From a virus: 37,397 bases of DNA. Position 1 is the stretch's first letter, and every line of letters starts with the position of its first letter. Shown here in pieces: positions 7,161 to 16,102 of this stretch. The notes beneath the pieces were generated by a model. It saw only the letters and a program-made list of their open reading frames with translations, was not told the origin of the DNA and ran no database searches. A program made the translations under genes and the position numbers. The stretch is taken from IMG/VR virus record IMGVR_UViG_3300035491_000235; one strand, 5' to 3'.

Positions 7161-7575
7161 TCCAGATGTCAGCGAAACGGATGTCCAGGCGTTGCCCGTC
7201 CGGCTGGTCGATCAGCACGCGCATGCCCAGCGTGTCATTGCCGATGCGTTCTGCCTCTACGGTGACGCGGACGGCCAGGCCATCTTCGGTGAGCCAGGCA
7301 AGCGCCTCGCGGGCCAGATCCCGCGCCTTGGCAACGGTCGCGGCGGTGAGGGTTTCACGGCTCAGCAGCCAGAGGCGCGAGCCGAACCGATCCCCGGTGA
7401 CTGGCGAATAGCTGTCGCCCCACCAGCCCATGCGCGGGCTTTCCGGGGTAGGCAGCTCATCGCCGGGGCGCGCCCGAGCCCAGGAAAACAGGCTGTTGAT
7501 GACGGCCTTGGCCAGGCGCGTGTCCTGCAGCTTGCGCCCGGAGCCATCGAGGATCAGCGGGAAGTCGAAGCTCAT
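7144..7575 (-). CDS. Baseplate protein, Mu gp46 / gpW-like
   Basis: 143 aa, with WWGD and SRLWLL motifs. ATGA overlap with the upstream gene. Conserved order within the module. Confidence 0.7.
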   Translation of the reverse strand: MSFDFPLILDGSGRKLQDTRLAKAVINSLFSWARARPGDELPTPESPRMGWWGDSYSPVTGDRFGSRLWLLSRETLTAATVAKARDLAREALAWLTEDGLAVRVTVEAERIGNDTLGMRVLIDQPDGQRLDIRFADIWSAIRG

Positions 7576-8096
7576 AGCACGGCCCCCGTAGTGCCACCGC
7601 TGTCACCGGGGTGGCGGTGCGATTCGTCGATGCGCTTGCCGTTCGCGGTCACGGTGCCGGTGAAGGTGGTATTGCCCGTGACCGCCAGATCGCCGGTCAG
7701 CGCGAGCCGGTCGGTCTGGATAGCCACCTCGGTGGCGGCGGTCATCTCGACGCGCCCGCCGTTACGCAGCACCACACAGGTGCCCTCGTGGTTGAACAGG
7801 GCCACCTCGCCCGGGGCCAGGTCGACGGGGCGATATCGCCGGTCCGTCTGCACCAAGGCAATGCCGTGGGTGCGGCTGCCATCGATGAAGGCCACCGCCG
7901 CCTCTGCACCTGGCAGCGCGTGCCCGGTGAGCCCGTACGGCTCGAACAGCTCAACGCCATCTTTCACCTCGCCGGCCAGCAGCTGCAGCTGCAGGGACTG
8001 CAGCCGGTTCTGCTGCACGCCGGCCAGTACCGCGCGCGCGAGCAGGTTGCCGAGGCCACGCTGCATCTTTTCGCTGAGTCGTCGCATGCTGCGCAT
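7572..8096 (-). CDS. Baseplate assembly protein V / spike (Mu gp45-like)
   Basis: 174 aa with the C-terminal HxHxGDSGGTTG-type motif (HRHPGDSGGTTG) typical of gpV/gp45 spikes. TGATG overlap with the upstream gene. Confidence 0.8.
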   Translation of the reverse strand: MRSMRRLSEKMQRGLGNLLARAVLAGVQQNRLQSLQLQLLAGEVKDGVELFEPYGLTGHALPGAEAAVAFIDGSRTHGIALVQTDRRYRPVDLAPGEVALFNHEGTCVVLRNGGRVEMTAATEVAIQTDRLALTGDLAVTGNTTFTGTVTANGKRIDESHRHPGDSGGTTGAVL

Positions 8097-9196
8097 CAGT
8101 TGAACTCCACCAGGGTTTCACCGGGCTGCAGGGAGAAGCCCCCGCTGCCCTTCTTCTTCTTGCCCTTGGGCTTGGGTACCTCGGGCAGCAGCTCGAACGC
8201 TGCCACCGGCGCTACGGTCAGCGTGGCGATCGTCCCCGCCTCGCTCTGGCTGTACTCAACTTCGGCAATGAGCATCTCCAGATCGAAACCGATCACCCCA
8301 TCGCGCACCGGTACCCGCTGATTCGGCAGCCAAAGCGCGCCATCGGCCTGGCGCCAGCCCTGGACGGTGTAGGTCGTCTGGTAACTCTTGCCGGCGCGGT
8401 AGGCGGCCTCCCAGCGCACGCGATCACGGCAGGCGGCGATATCGCCCTGCCCTTCTGCGCGCAGTTCGATAACGCGGCGACGGGTGATGCTGGCGTCGGT
8501 GACGCTGGCGGCCGACTGCGCGACCGCTGCGCCGAAGTCCTGGTCGTTACCGGCGCGCTGCCCTTTGCAGATGTACTCTGAGAAGCGTTCCTTGAAGTCC
8601 AGCGAGGCCGAGCCGGTGAGGATGTTCACCCCGGTTTCCAGTGCGGTACCGGCGCGAAGCCGGCCTGCGCGGGTGAGAATCTGCCGCCCCTCGCCATCAT
8701 CCGTGGCGAGCAGGGCCTTCTGCGTGATCAACCGGTCGATGCTTTCGAACACCGTTTCGCCCGGCTCGAGCTGATGCTCGGCGATATTGCCCGGCTCGAC
8801 CTCGGCCAGCACCGTGACGCCGTAGGGCGCTGCCAGCTCCTGCGCGATACGCAGTACGCTCGCGCTGCGCCACTGACCGGAACGGTGCTGCGCGGCGCAG
8901 TCCACCAGGTCGGCGGTCTTGCTGCGGCCGTTGACCGATACCGTCACCTGACCCGCCTCGTAGCTGATCGGCGTGGCGTCTATGTAGCCGGTCAGCATCT
9001 TGTCCGCGCCGAACCAGACTTCGCACAGGTCGCCGGGGCGAACCCGGCGAATCACTTCGTTACCTGGCCAGCGGTCGGTCACGGTGAGCGAAAAGTCGCG
9101 ACACTGGCGCTCGATGCCGGCCGAGAGCCGTACCTCCTTCCAGCCCGCATGTTCGTGGCCGTTGACCACCAGCCGCACGCGTTCGGTTGCCTTCAT
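8096..9196 (-). CDS. Baseplate hub / tail protein (Mu gp44, P2 gpD-like)
   Basis: 366 aa. The N-terminus (VVNGHEHAGWKEVRLSAGIERQCRDFSL) fits the gp44/gpD family. Conserved order between the DNA circulation gene and gp45. Confidence 0.75.
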   Translation of the reverse strand: MKATERVRLVVNGHEHAGWKEVRLSAGIERQCRDFSLTVTDRWPGNEVIRRVRPGDLCEVWFGADKMLTGYIDATPISYEAGQVTVSVNGRSKTADLVDCAAQHRSGQWRSASVLRIAQELAAPYGVTVLAEVEPGNIAEHQLEPGETVFESIDRLITQKALLATDDGEGRQILTRAGRLRAGTALETGVNILTGSASLDFKERFSEYICKGQRAGNDQDFGAAVAQSAASVTDASITRRRVIELRAEGQGDIAACRDRVRWEAAYRAGKSYQTTYTVQGWRQADGALWLPNQRVPVRDGVIGFDLEMLIAEVEYSQSEAGTIATLTVAPVAAFELLPEVPKPKGKKKKGSGGFSLQPGETLVEFN

Positions 9197-10482
9197 GCGT
9201 TGAGTACCTTCAGCGTGGTCGGGGGCACAAAGCCGGGATGTGCCAAGCCGTTGCGGCGGGTGATCTCCTCGCCCCGGCTGGCGTCGTCGTAGAGGTCATA
9301 GGCCAGCATCGCGGCCGGTGTGACCTGCCGCGGCGTGAGTTCAACCAGGCGCGAGGCGGTACCGGCCTCGGCGAGCACATAGCGGCTGACGGCGCCGCGC
9401 AGCTCTGCCAGCGCCTCGACCGTGGGCTGGGGTTGGCCGGGCCGGCCGATCTCGGTGTCGATCACGCTGACCAGCTGGCCCTTCCAGCCCTGCAAGTCGT
9501 CGTAAACCGGCTCCTCGACCACAGCCAGCTCGACCGCCGCCTTGGCGATCGCCGCCTGAGTGAACAGATCTTGCACCGCCGCCATGTTGCCCCGCGCCTG
9601 AGTGAGCGCAGCGGAGGAAGCACGCGCCGCCGGCAAGCGTGGCTGGGCGCTGTATGCCTGCGCCAGACTCAGCGCCGCCGTCGGGCCGGTGGCGCGGCGA
9701 TAAGACCGCGCGGATGACCCGCCGCCAAAGCTCGAGACGAAGGCCAGCATGCTGGTCGCCAGCGCACCGGGGGCGCCCAGCAAGGAAGGCCAAGTGCCGT
9801 TGAGGATCTTGCCGACCGCCGTTTGCGCGTAACCGACCACGCCGGCTACTTCATCCAACACGGCGCGGTCGACCCAGCCCGGCAGCGGCATGCCGCCAAG
9901 CAGGCCGGCATAGTCGCCCGAGACGAAATCGCCATAGAGCTGTTGCGCCGTGGTGAAGCCGGCCTGCACCGCCGCCAGGCTGTCGGTCGATACCCAGTCT
10001 GGCCAACCATCGATGCCGAACTTATCGGTAAAGCGATTGAATGCGGACTGCAGCAGGGACTCGCGGAAGGTGGCGATCTCCAGCTGCTGCACCGACCCGC
10101 CAGCCGGATACTGGTTCTCGCCGGCCTCGGTGAACGTCATCGAGACGCGCGCCAGCCCGCCCTCCTCGAAGGTGTGCCGCACCCGACAGCCCGACGCAAC
10201 TACCTGCAGCCGCCCATAGAACGGGTGCACCAGCTCACCGGGGCCTTCGGCACGCAGCGCCTTGAGCAGCTCGTCGAGCTGGGTCAGGTAGTCGGGACCG
10301 ATGACGATGGCCTCGAGGCTGATCTCCTCGACGCTGCGCCCCATGTCCTCGACGTAGGGCACGTCGCGCTTGGGGTACTCGTGCACCACGTTGCGCCGCC
10401 CGATGCCACCCAGGTCATCGGACTGGTACTCAAACGCCACACCCCGGAACGAGGCGGGCTGCAATCGATCACGCCAGGCCAT
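9193..10482 (-). CDS. DNA circulation protein (Mu gp43-like)
   Basis: N-terminal WRDRLQPASFRGVAFEY...HEYPKRD motif is characteristic of the DNA-circulation N-terminal domain. 429 aa. Located after the tape measure region. Confidence 0.8.
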   Translation of the reverse strand: MAWRDRLQPASFRGVAFEYQSDDLGGIGRRNVVHEYPKRDVPYVEDMGRSVEEISLEAIVIGPDYLTQLDELLKALRAEGPGELVHPFYGRLQVVASGCRVRHTFEEGGLARVSMTFTEAGENQYPAGGSVQQLEIATFRESLLQSAFNRFTDKFGIDGWPDWVSTDSLAAVQAGFTTAQQLYGDFVSGDYAGLLGGMPLPGWVDRAVLDEVAGVVGYAQTAVGKILNGTWPSLLGAPGALATSMLAFVSSFGGGSSARSYRRATGPTAALSLAQAYSAQPRLPAARASSAALTQARGNMAAVQDLFTQAAIAKAAVELAVVEEPVYDDLQGWKGQLVSVIDTEIGRPGQPQPTVEALAELRGAVSRYVLAEAGTASRLVELTPRQVTPAAMLAYDLYDDASRGEEITRRNGLAHPGFVPPTTLKVLNA

Positions 10483-10496
10483 GGCTTTTCTCCGGG

Positions 10497-10525
10497 CAAT
10501 AAAAAACCCCGCCGGGGCGGGGTTT
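10497..10525 (-). terminator. Rho-independent terminator (minus strand) after the secreted-protein moron
   Basis: Stem CCCCGC (10507..10512) pairs with GCGGGG (10517..10522), followed on the minus strand by TTTTTTA. Confidence 0.75.
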
Positions 10526-10540
10526 CGGTTAACGGTGGGA

Positions 10541-10858
10541 TCAGCGGCAGTAGGCCTTGCCCAGCTCGTGGAACTTGTTTTCGTTTACGACCTTAACGAT
10601 GTCGACGATCTTGATCATCGCAGGCGATGCACCGTGGTCCGGAGCGACCATGCATAGATACTCGGCAAAACCGCGACGGTTCGAACCATCGTCGATCACA
10701 CCAACGTAGAGATTGTCATCCGTCATCCAGGTCGCGTCCTTGACCTTTGGCTCCTCGTCGCTCTTGAGATACTCCACGAAGTCGAGCTGCGCCTGGGTGG
10801 GAGCAGCCAAAGCGCCGAGGCTCATCGCCGCCAGTCCGAGCAGTAGTAGATAACGCAT
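10541..10858 (-). CDS. Small secreted (periplasmic) protein, moron
   Basis: Track ORF trimmed to ATG 10858, behind a strong AAGGAGG. Sec signal peptide MRYLLLLGLAAMSLGALA|AP and two Cys in the mature part. GC is lower than in the neighbours. A TTGACT -35-like hexamer lies upstream and its own terminator lies downstream. Confidence 0.7.
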   Translation of the reverse strand: MRYLLLLGLAAMSLGALAAPTQAQLDFVEYLKSDEEPKVKDATWMTDDNLYVGVIDDGSNRRGFAEYLCMVAPDHGASPAMIKIVDIVKVVNENKFHELGKAYCR

Positions 10859-10924
10859 CGCAACCTCCTTGATTTGATAGTCCTGCCGCGATTGTCCACT
10901 GCAAACAGGCAAAGTCAACGAACG

Positions 10925-12601
10925 CTACGGCATCGCCAACGACCGGTACCCCACGTCCGCCTCCATGGCGAGCCCTGGCTGATTGGTTTTCGCTGCCTGC
11001 ACCTGCATGCCTGGCGGGGCATTCTCGAACTTGACCACCATCTGCCCATCCAGGCTCTGGCGATTCCCGGAAACCAAAGCACGCTGGCGAGCGATGGCGT
11101 CGGTCACCGCGCCGGGCGGAGCAACCCCACCGCCTCCGGCACCTGATGCTGCCGTTGGCGCCGCTTCTTCGTCACCGCCGAACCAGCCGCCGACCTTGCT
11201 CACTGCGCCGGTAATGGGTTCGATGAACTTCTTCACCCGATCCCAAAGACCTGAGAACCAGCCAACGAGCGGCTCCCAGTTCTTGATCACCAGGCCGAGC
11301 GGGCTAAAGCTGAAGAATGCGTCCTTCAGCCAATCCCAAGTCGCCGAGGCCACATCCTTGATGCCCTGCCACATCGCAGCGAACCACGGGCCGACCGTTT
11401 CCCAGTTGGCATAGATGAGCGCGGCAGCAGTACCGATACCGGCAAGGATCCAGCCAACGGGCCCCATGGCGAGCAGCACCCCCTTGAACCCGGTGGCGAC
11501 TGCCATCAGTGCAGGGCCGGCGGTGACACCCAGCGAGAACAGCCCCATCGTCAATCCGACAACAGAAGACAGCACCTGCAGACCAATGATGGATGCGATG
11601 ATGATGGCGATTCCCTTGAGCCCGCCGAGTGCCTTGGTCACATCGATCACGCCAGTGGTGAAGCCCTTGACGCTGTCCCAAACGCCCTGCCAGTCGATGG
11701 CCATTACCCAGCCCTTCAGCTCGCGGAACACGCTGACGAGGTTGTCGGATACCGCCTGCGCAAACTTCTTCAGCGAACCATCGGCCTCCATCGCCTGAAG
11801 CGAATCGAGCACGCCTTTCAGTTCACCCTTGAGCACATCGAAAATGCCGGCATCCCCAATCATCTTGAAGACGCGGGTAAAGGTGTCCTGCAGGTTGGAC
11901 CACATGCCGTCCCAGGTGGACGACAGCTTGTCCGCAGCACCACCGTAGTTGCCGTTCCAGATACCCTGGATTACCGCCTGAATCTGCTCGCGCGAGTTGG
12001 CCTTGGCGGTGGCCACCATCGCCTTGCCGTTTTGCTGCCAGCGATAGACGATCTGGTCCCCGGCCTTTACGGTGGTGATGCCGAATTGCTTGAGGCGCTC
12101 GTTCTCGCCGGTCATCGCATCGGCCAGCGCCTCCACCGCCTGCTCCAGTGGCTTGCCCATCGCGGCGGCAGCGTCACCCGCCGACTTCAGCGCGCCGGCT
12201 TGCGGGTCGATGCCATACGCCTTCAGCTTGACGAAGGCATCGGTGACCCCGGCCAGCTCATAGGGCGTTTGGGCGGCGAACTGGCTGATCCAGTCCATCG
12301 ACGCTTTGGCTTTGTCCGAACTCCCCTCGATGGTCGAGAGGATCGTTTCGAAGCGCTCGAACTGGGCCGACGTGCTGACGACCTTGGTGCCGAGCGCACC
12401 AATGCTGCCCAGCCCCGCCGCACCGAATACGGCGCCGAGCGGCGCCACCAGTCCGGTGATGGTCGCCTGCAGCCCGGAGGTGGCCCGGCCGATGTCCTGA
12501 AACGCCCGCTTGAACGGGCGCATTTGCCGCTCCATCTTTTTCAGCGGCCGGGTGACCCGGTCGATGACGTCGAGTACGGCAGTGAAACTTGCCTTAGCCA
12601 T
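10925..12601 (-). CDS. Tail tape measure protein
   Basis: ATG 12601 is preceded by GAGG. The N-terminal tape-measure domain pattern is present (QFERFETILSTIEGSSDKAKASMDWISQFAAQTPYEL...FVKLKAYGIDP), with Gly/Ala-rich hydrophobic central segments. Confidence 0.85.
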   Translation of the reverse strand: MAKASFTAVLDVIDRVTRPLKKMERQMRPFKRAFQDIGRATSGLQATITGLVAPLGAVFGAAGLGSIGALGTKVVSTSAQFERFETILSTIEGSSDKAKASMDWISQFAAQTPYELAGVTDAFVKLKAYGIDPQAGALKSAGDAAAAMGKPLEQAVEALADAMTGENERLKQFGITTVKAGDQIVYRWQQNGKAMVATAKANSREQIQAVIQGIWNGNYGGAADKLSSTWDGMWSNLQDTFTRVFKMIGDAGIFDVLKGELKGVLDSLQAMEADGSLKKFAQAVSDNLVSVFRELKGWVMAIDWQGVWDSVKGFTTGVIDVTKALGGLKGIAIIIASIIGLQVLSSVVGLTMGLFSLGVTAGPALMAVATGFKGVLLAMGPVGWILAGIGTAAALIYANWETVGPWFAAMWQGIKDVASATWDWLKDAFFSFSPLGLVIKNWEPLVGWFSGLWDRVKKFIEPITGAVSKVGGWFGGDEEAAPTAASGAGGGGVAPPGAVTDAIARQRALVSGNRQSLDGQMVVKFENAPPGMQVQAAKTNQPGLAMEADVGYRSLAMP

Positions 12602-13045
12602 TGGCGGCCTCGTTTTCAAGCTGAGCCAGGCGCAGGGCCTGCCGCTCCCAGAGCTCGCGCTCCGAGTGCGGCAAGTCCAGCACCACTTGAGGGGACACGC
12701 CGAAGTAACGGGCGATCTCGAAACAGCAGTCGATCAGTCCTCCTGATCCGCTGCCTGTTCCTCCACGTCCTCCGGCATCAAAAAAGGGAGCAGCCACAAG
12801 AACACCTTCTTGCGGTCGCTCGGTGCGAGCGCCTCGGCGGAACTACGGGGAATCTTTGCCAACTTGACGATGTAGTTGACGGTGATTTCCGGCAGCTCAC
12901 GAATGCTCCCGCCACCGCCGCCGCCCATGACGAATGGCTCGCCTAGCTTGATGACATGCTGCCCGGTCGGCTCGGTCAGGTGAATTTGCTCGACAGTCTG
13001 GCCGTGCGCTTCGATGGGCTTTTTAAGCGTGATGGTCAGATCCAT
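12594..13045 (-). CDS. Tail assembly chaperone, -1 frameshift fusion product (gpE+E'-like)
   Basis: The -1 frame after T TTT TTG continues as FFDAGGRGG...CCFEIARYFGVSPQVVLDLPHSERELWERQALRLAQLE. This resembles the P2 E' extension. It ends 8 nt inside the tape measure gene. Confidence 0.65.
12734..13045 (-). CDS. Tail assembly chaperone (P2 gpE / Mu gp41-like), frame-0 product
   Basis: 103 aa, positioned between the tube and tape measure genes. It contains the slippery heptamer near its 3' end. Confidence 0.75.
   Translation of the reverse strand: MDLTITLKKPIEAHGQTVEQIHLTEPTGQHVIKLGEPFVMGGGGGGSIRELPEITVNYIVKLAKIPRSSAEALAPSDRKKVFLWLLPFLMPEDVEEQAADQED
12779..12785 (-). other. Programmed -1 ribosomal frameshift site TTTTTTG
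   Basis: Minus strand reads CCT TTT TTG ATG. Slipping to TTT TTT GAT joins ORF 12734..13045 to ORF 12594..12797. This is the same heptamer type as P2 E/E'. Confidence 0.65.
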
Positions 13046-13395
13046 TTGCCTTCCTTCCCTTCGAAGCGCAGCGAGGTGTTGCCTTCGGCGCCGTTGATGG
13101 CGAGTTCACCGGCCAGCCAGGCTTCGGACAGCACACCGGTCATGCCGTTGGCCAGCTCGGCGGTGATCACCAGGCCGTCGCCGTCGCGGATTTTGGCCAG
13201 CGGGAAGCCCTTGGGCACGAAGCATTCCAGTTCGATGAAGGGCACCCGCGGGGTTTCCTTGTAACCGGCAACGCCGGAGAGGCCGGCGAGCCCCTCCTTT
13301 TCCGAGCTGTTCAACGACAGGCTCAGCGAGCCACCAAGCTCCAGCTGGTCGCCGTCGACGCTGACAAAGCAGGTGCCTGCAATGCGGTTTTTCAT
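13036..13395 (-). CDS. Tail tube protein (Mu gpM-like)
   Basis: 119 aa, immediately after the sheath gene. RBS tGATAGGAGccatccATG. Confidence 0.75.
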   Translation of the reverse strand: MKNRIAGTCFVSVDGDQLELGGSLSLSLNSSEKEGLAGLSGVAGYKETPRVPFIELECFVPKGFPLAKIRDGDGLVITAELANGMTGVLSEAWLAGELAINGAEGNTSLRFEGKEGKWI

Positions 13396-13407
13396 GGATG
13401 GCTCCTA

Positions 13408-14895
13408 TCAGTAATTCAGGCGGAACTGGTTGAGCACCGCGAAGATGCGCAGCTGGTTCACGAGATCCGGCGGATACAGCACGTTCACCCGGTTGGGGTT
13501 GGTTTCGTCGATCTCGACGATGAGGTTTTCAGCGAACAGGTCCGAACGCTCGACGATGCCGGCCCGCTCCATCGCGGCGTAATCCGCCACCAGGCGCGCC
13601 TTGATCATGCTCGGGGTGGCCACGCCTTCCGGCACGCGGATGCCGTCGCTGCGCAGGGCATGGCGGCCAAACTGGGTGGTCACGCCGGTGCGCAGGTAGC
13701 GCATGACGTACGCCAGTTGGTGCAGGTTTTCGCTGTCCAGATAGCTGGTGTCGTTCGAGCCCCAGGGGTTTTTCTGGTAGGTGGTAATGGAGCGCTCGAT
13801 GCGCACCACGCCGTCCTTGCCGCTGTAGTGAGTGGCGATACCGCTGGAAAGCAGCGTCTGCCGCTCGGTCAGGGTGAGGCGCTCATGCGAAGCCGGCGCC
13901 AGCACGCCGCTGATCTCGCCGGTCTGGGTGGGCCGGGCTACATGTGCGGACAGCAGCGAGGCCTCCCGGGCAACCCGGGCAGCGATGTACTCGTGGTCGC
14001 ACGCACCTACTCGCGGCTCGACGCCGAACAGGGTGCAGTGCTGGTCGTTCCGGGTGGCGCCGTAGGCCTGCAGCTCAGCCAGTGTGCCACGGCGGGCACT
14101 GTAGACATGGCCGTAAACCTGCCGCGCCCAGCTCCAACGCCCGGTGGTATCGTCCATCTCCGCGCGCAGCGCGTCGAGGCTGACAGCATCGCTGAAGGCG
14201 CAACCAATGAAGTCGTATTCCTCATCGCCCAGGTTGGCGATCACGCCGGACAGATCAGGCGCACCCGCGCCGGCCGTCCCGACAGTGACCGCCCCGGCAC
14301 TGATACCGCCCGGGAACGACTCGCCCCCCGCAAGGCCGCGGCGATTGAGCGCCAACGGCACGCCGTTGCCCGCTTCACCCTTGAAGCGCGAGGTGAGCGT
14401 CAGCGTGCCATCCAGCGCGGTTGCAGTGACAGGCAGCGACGGAGCTGCATTCACGGCGGCAGCGAATGCAGCCGCGACGTCAGCGGCGGTATCAGCAGCA
14501 CGGATTGTGATCGCCACGCGCGCCGCGCCAACGTACAGCGCCGCAACGGTGCTGGCAGTCGCGGCTCCGGTGAAGGTGATGGTGCGCACCGCCGCAACAC
14601 CGGCAGCCGGCTCAGCTACGGGAGCCACCCACAACTCGGTGAACAGGTTGCCCGCACGGAACGCCTCGACCATGGCGGCGGCCATGGAGCCGCTACCGAA
14701 CAGGCTGCGCGCCTGCTCGGCGCTGGGGCAGATGACCGGCACATCGGCCTCGGCAGTCGCATCGGCGGCCATCAGGCCGATCAGCAGCACCCGCATGGTC
14801 TGGCTGAAGCTGTTGGCCTTGCTGCTGTCCAGTTCGATGTAGAAGAACGGCACCCGCAGCCCCGCAGGGATTTGGCTGAAACTCATCGACGACAT
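13408..14895 (-). CDS. Contractile tail sheath protein (Mu gpL-like)
   Basis: 495 aa. N-terminal IPAGLRVPFFYIELDSS pattern is typical of Mu/P2-type sheaths. Followed by the tube gene. Confidence 0.85.
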   Translation of the reverse strand: MSSMSFSQIPAGLRVPFFYIELDSSKANSFSQTMRVLLIGLMAADATAEADVPVICPSAEQARSLFGSGSMAAAMVEAFRAGNLFTELWVAPVAEPAAGVAAVRTITFTGAATASTVAALYVGAARVAITIRAADTAADVAAAFAAAVNAAPSLPVTATALDGTLTLTSRFKGEAGNGVPLALNRRGLAGGESFPGGISAGAVTVGTAGAGAPDLSGVIANLGDEEYDFIGCAFSDAVSLDALRAEMDDTTGRWSWARQVYGHVYSARRGTLAELQAYGATRNDQHCTLFGVEPRVGACDHEYIAARVAREASLLSAHVARPTQTGEISGVLAPASHERLTLTERQTLLSSGIATHYSGKDGVVRIERSITTYQKNPWGSNDTSYLDSENLHQLAYVMRYLRTGVTTQFGRHALRSDGIRVPEGVATPSMIKARLVADYAAMERAGIVERSDLFAENLIVEIDETNPNRVNVLYPPDLVNQLRIFAVLNQFRLNY

Positions 14896-15053
14896 TACTT
14901 TTTCTCCTTCGAGGGCTTGGCTTCAGTCACGTCGCCATCAGCGATACGGCGCAACCAGTACTGAGTCGGCTCAACCTTGGCGCCGTTTTCGGGCAAAGGC
15001 TGGCCAGTAGCCGGGTCGATAACGACGCGGCTACGGGCGGGTTTGAGATGCAT
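14895..15053 (-). CDS. Small protein (52 aa), Mu gp38-like (DUF2635-like). Not in the supplied ORF track.
   Basis: Hand translation gives MHLKPARSRVVIDPATGQPLPENGAKVEPTQYWLRRIADGDVTEAKPSKEKK. GGAG lies 6 nt upstream. The TAATG stop/start overlaps the sheath ATG. Its position between the gp37-like gene and the sheath matches Mu. Confidence 0.65.
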   Translation of the reverse strand: MHLKPARSRVVIDPATGQPLPENGAKVEPTQYWLRRIADGDVTEAKPSKEKK

Positions 15054-15056
15054 GGG

Positions 15057-15632
15057 TTACTCCAGGGTGATGTCAGCGCCGGCTTCGATGCGGCCATCTG
15101 GCCCGCGTGATGCCAGGTTGGGGTCGTACATGGGGTCGATCACATCGGCACGGACATCGATGCCAGCAAGCCGTGGCATTTGCTCGACCATGCCGGGCTG
15201 CGCGGTGTCCTCGATGCCGATTTCCGCCTCGGCCGAGAACTCGAACTGGTAGTAGAGCCGGGCGGCATCCATGTCGACGCCCTGCCCGCCTTCGTACACC
15301 AGCCCGTCATATTCCGGGCCCGGCTGCCATAGCAACAACGCGCGCCATAGCTCGGCACGGATGTCGTGAATCTCCGTCACCGCCGCCTGGCCGCGCCGGT
15401 CGGCGCTGTTATCCAGCACGACGACGATGGCGATTCGATCGGTAATGGTCTGCCGGTAGCGGTTCTGGCTTTGCTGCTGGCCAGCCTGGTCGGCATTCGG
15501 GATGACGAAGGCCGCCGGCAGAGCGACTTTCGAGTTCGGCGGCAGGCCCGCAAACTCGGCAGCACCCGCCACCCGCCCGGCGAAGATGGGGCACGCTACG
15601 CGCAGCCGCGTAATCACATTGTCGAGGTTCAT
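15057..15632 (-). CDS. Tail completion/terminator-type protein, Mu gp37-like (DUF1834)
   Basis: 191 aa with N-terminal ITRLRVACPIFAGRVAGAAEFA pattern. ATGA overlap with the upstream gene. Mu-like gene order. Confidence 0.65.
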   Translation of the reverse strand: MNLDNVITRLRVACPIFAGRVAGAAEFAGLPPNSKVALPAAFVIPNADQAGQQQSQNRYRQTITDRIAIVVVLDNSADRRGQAAVTEIHDIRAELWRALLLWQPGPEYDGLVYEGGQGVDMDAARLYYQFEFSAEAEIGIEDTAQPGMVEQMPRLAGIDVRADVIDPMYDPNLASRGPDGRIEAGADITLE

Positions 15633-16102
15633 TTCGCGGCCTCAGGCTTGATGCCTTTTTCCATCGCTTTCTTCAGTTCACGTGAGAACCGCGCCAGATG
15701 CTTGCGGCCGGCCACGCTGGTGGCGCTGAGACGGCGCTCGATCTGGTCCCGGCCGGAGATGAGAAACTCGGGGTAGAACTCGCCCTTTTTGTACGAACCG
15801 CGGCTGGGCCCGATCCAGGCCTTCAGCCCGTCGCGCTTACTGACGCGCGCAAGGATGCTCTGCGCCAGATGGCCCGTACGGCGCGCCGGCAGCGCACCGG
15901 GCGCTGAGGCCCGGTACTGGCCGCCACCCGGGCGGTACCACAGCCGTCCGGCACCAGTGCTGCCTTCCAGCAGCGCGGTGGAGTCGCGTTGAATGTTGCC
16001 GGCCGTTTCGCGGACCAGTTTGCGGATGTACCGCGTGTCCAGCTTCCAGCCGAGGTAGCCCTTGGTCGCAACGCGAACCAATGGCGAGCGGTAAACGGTC
16101 AT
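15629..16102 (-). CDS. HK97 gp10-family neck / tail-completion protein
   Basis: Trimmed to ATG 16102, which forms an ATGA overlap with the upstream stop. RRTGHLAQSI resembles the gp10-family TGxLrxSI motif. Confidence 0.6.
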   Translation of the reverse strand: MTVYRSPLVRVATKGYLGWKLDTRYIRKLVRETAGNIQRDSTALLEGSTGAGRLWYRPGGGQYRASAPGALPARRTGHLAQSILARVSKRDGLKAWIGPSRGSYKKGEFYPEFLISGRDQIERRLSATSVAGRKHLARFSRELKKAMEKGIKPEAAK

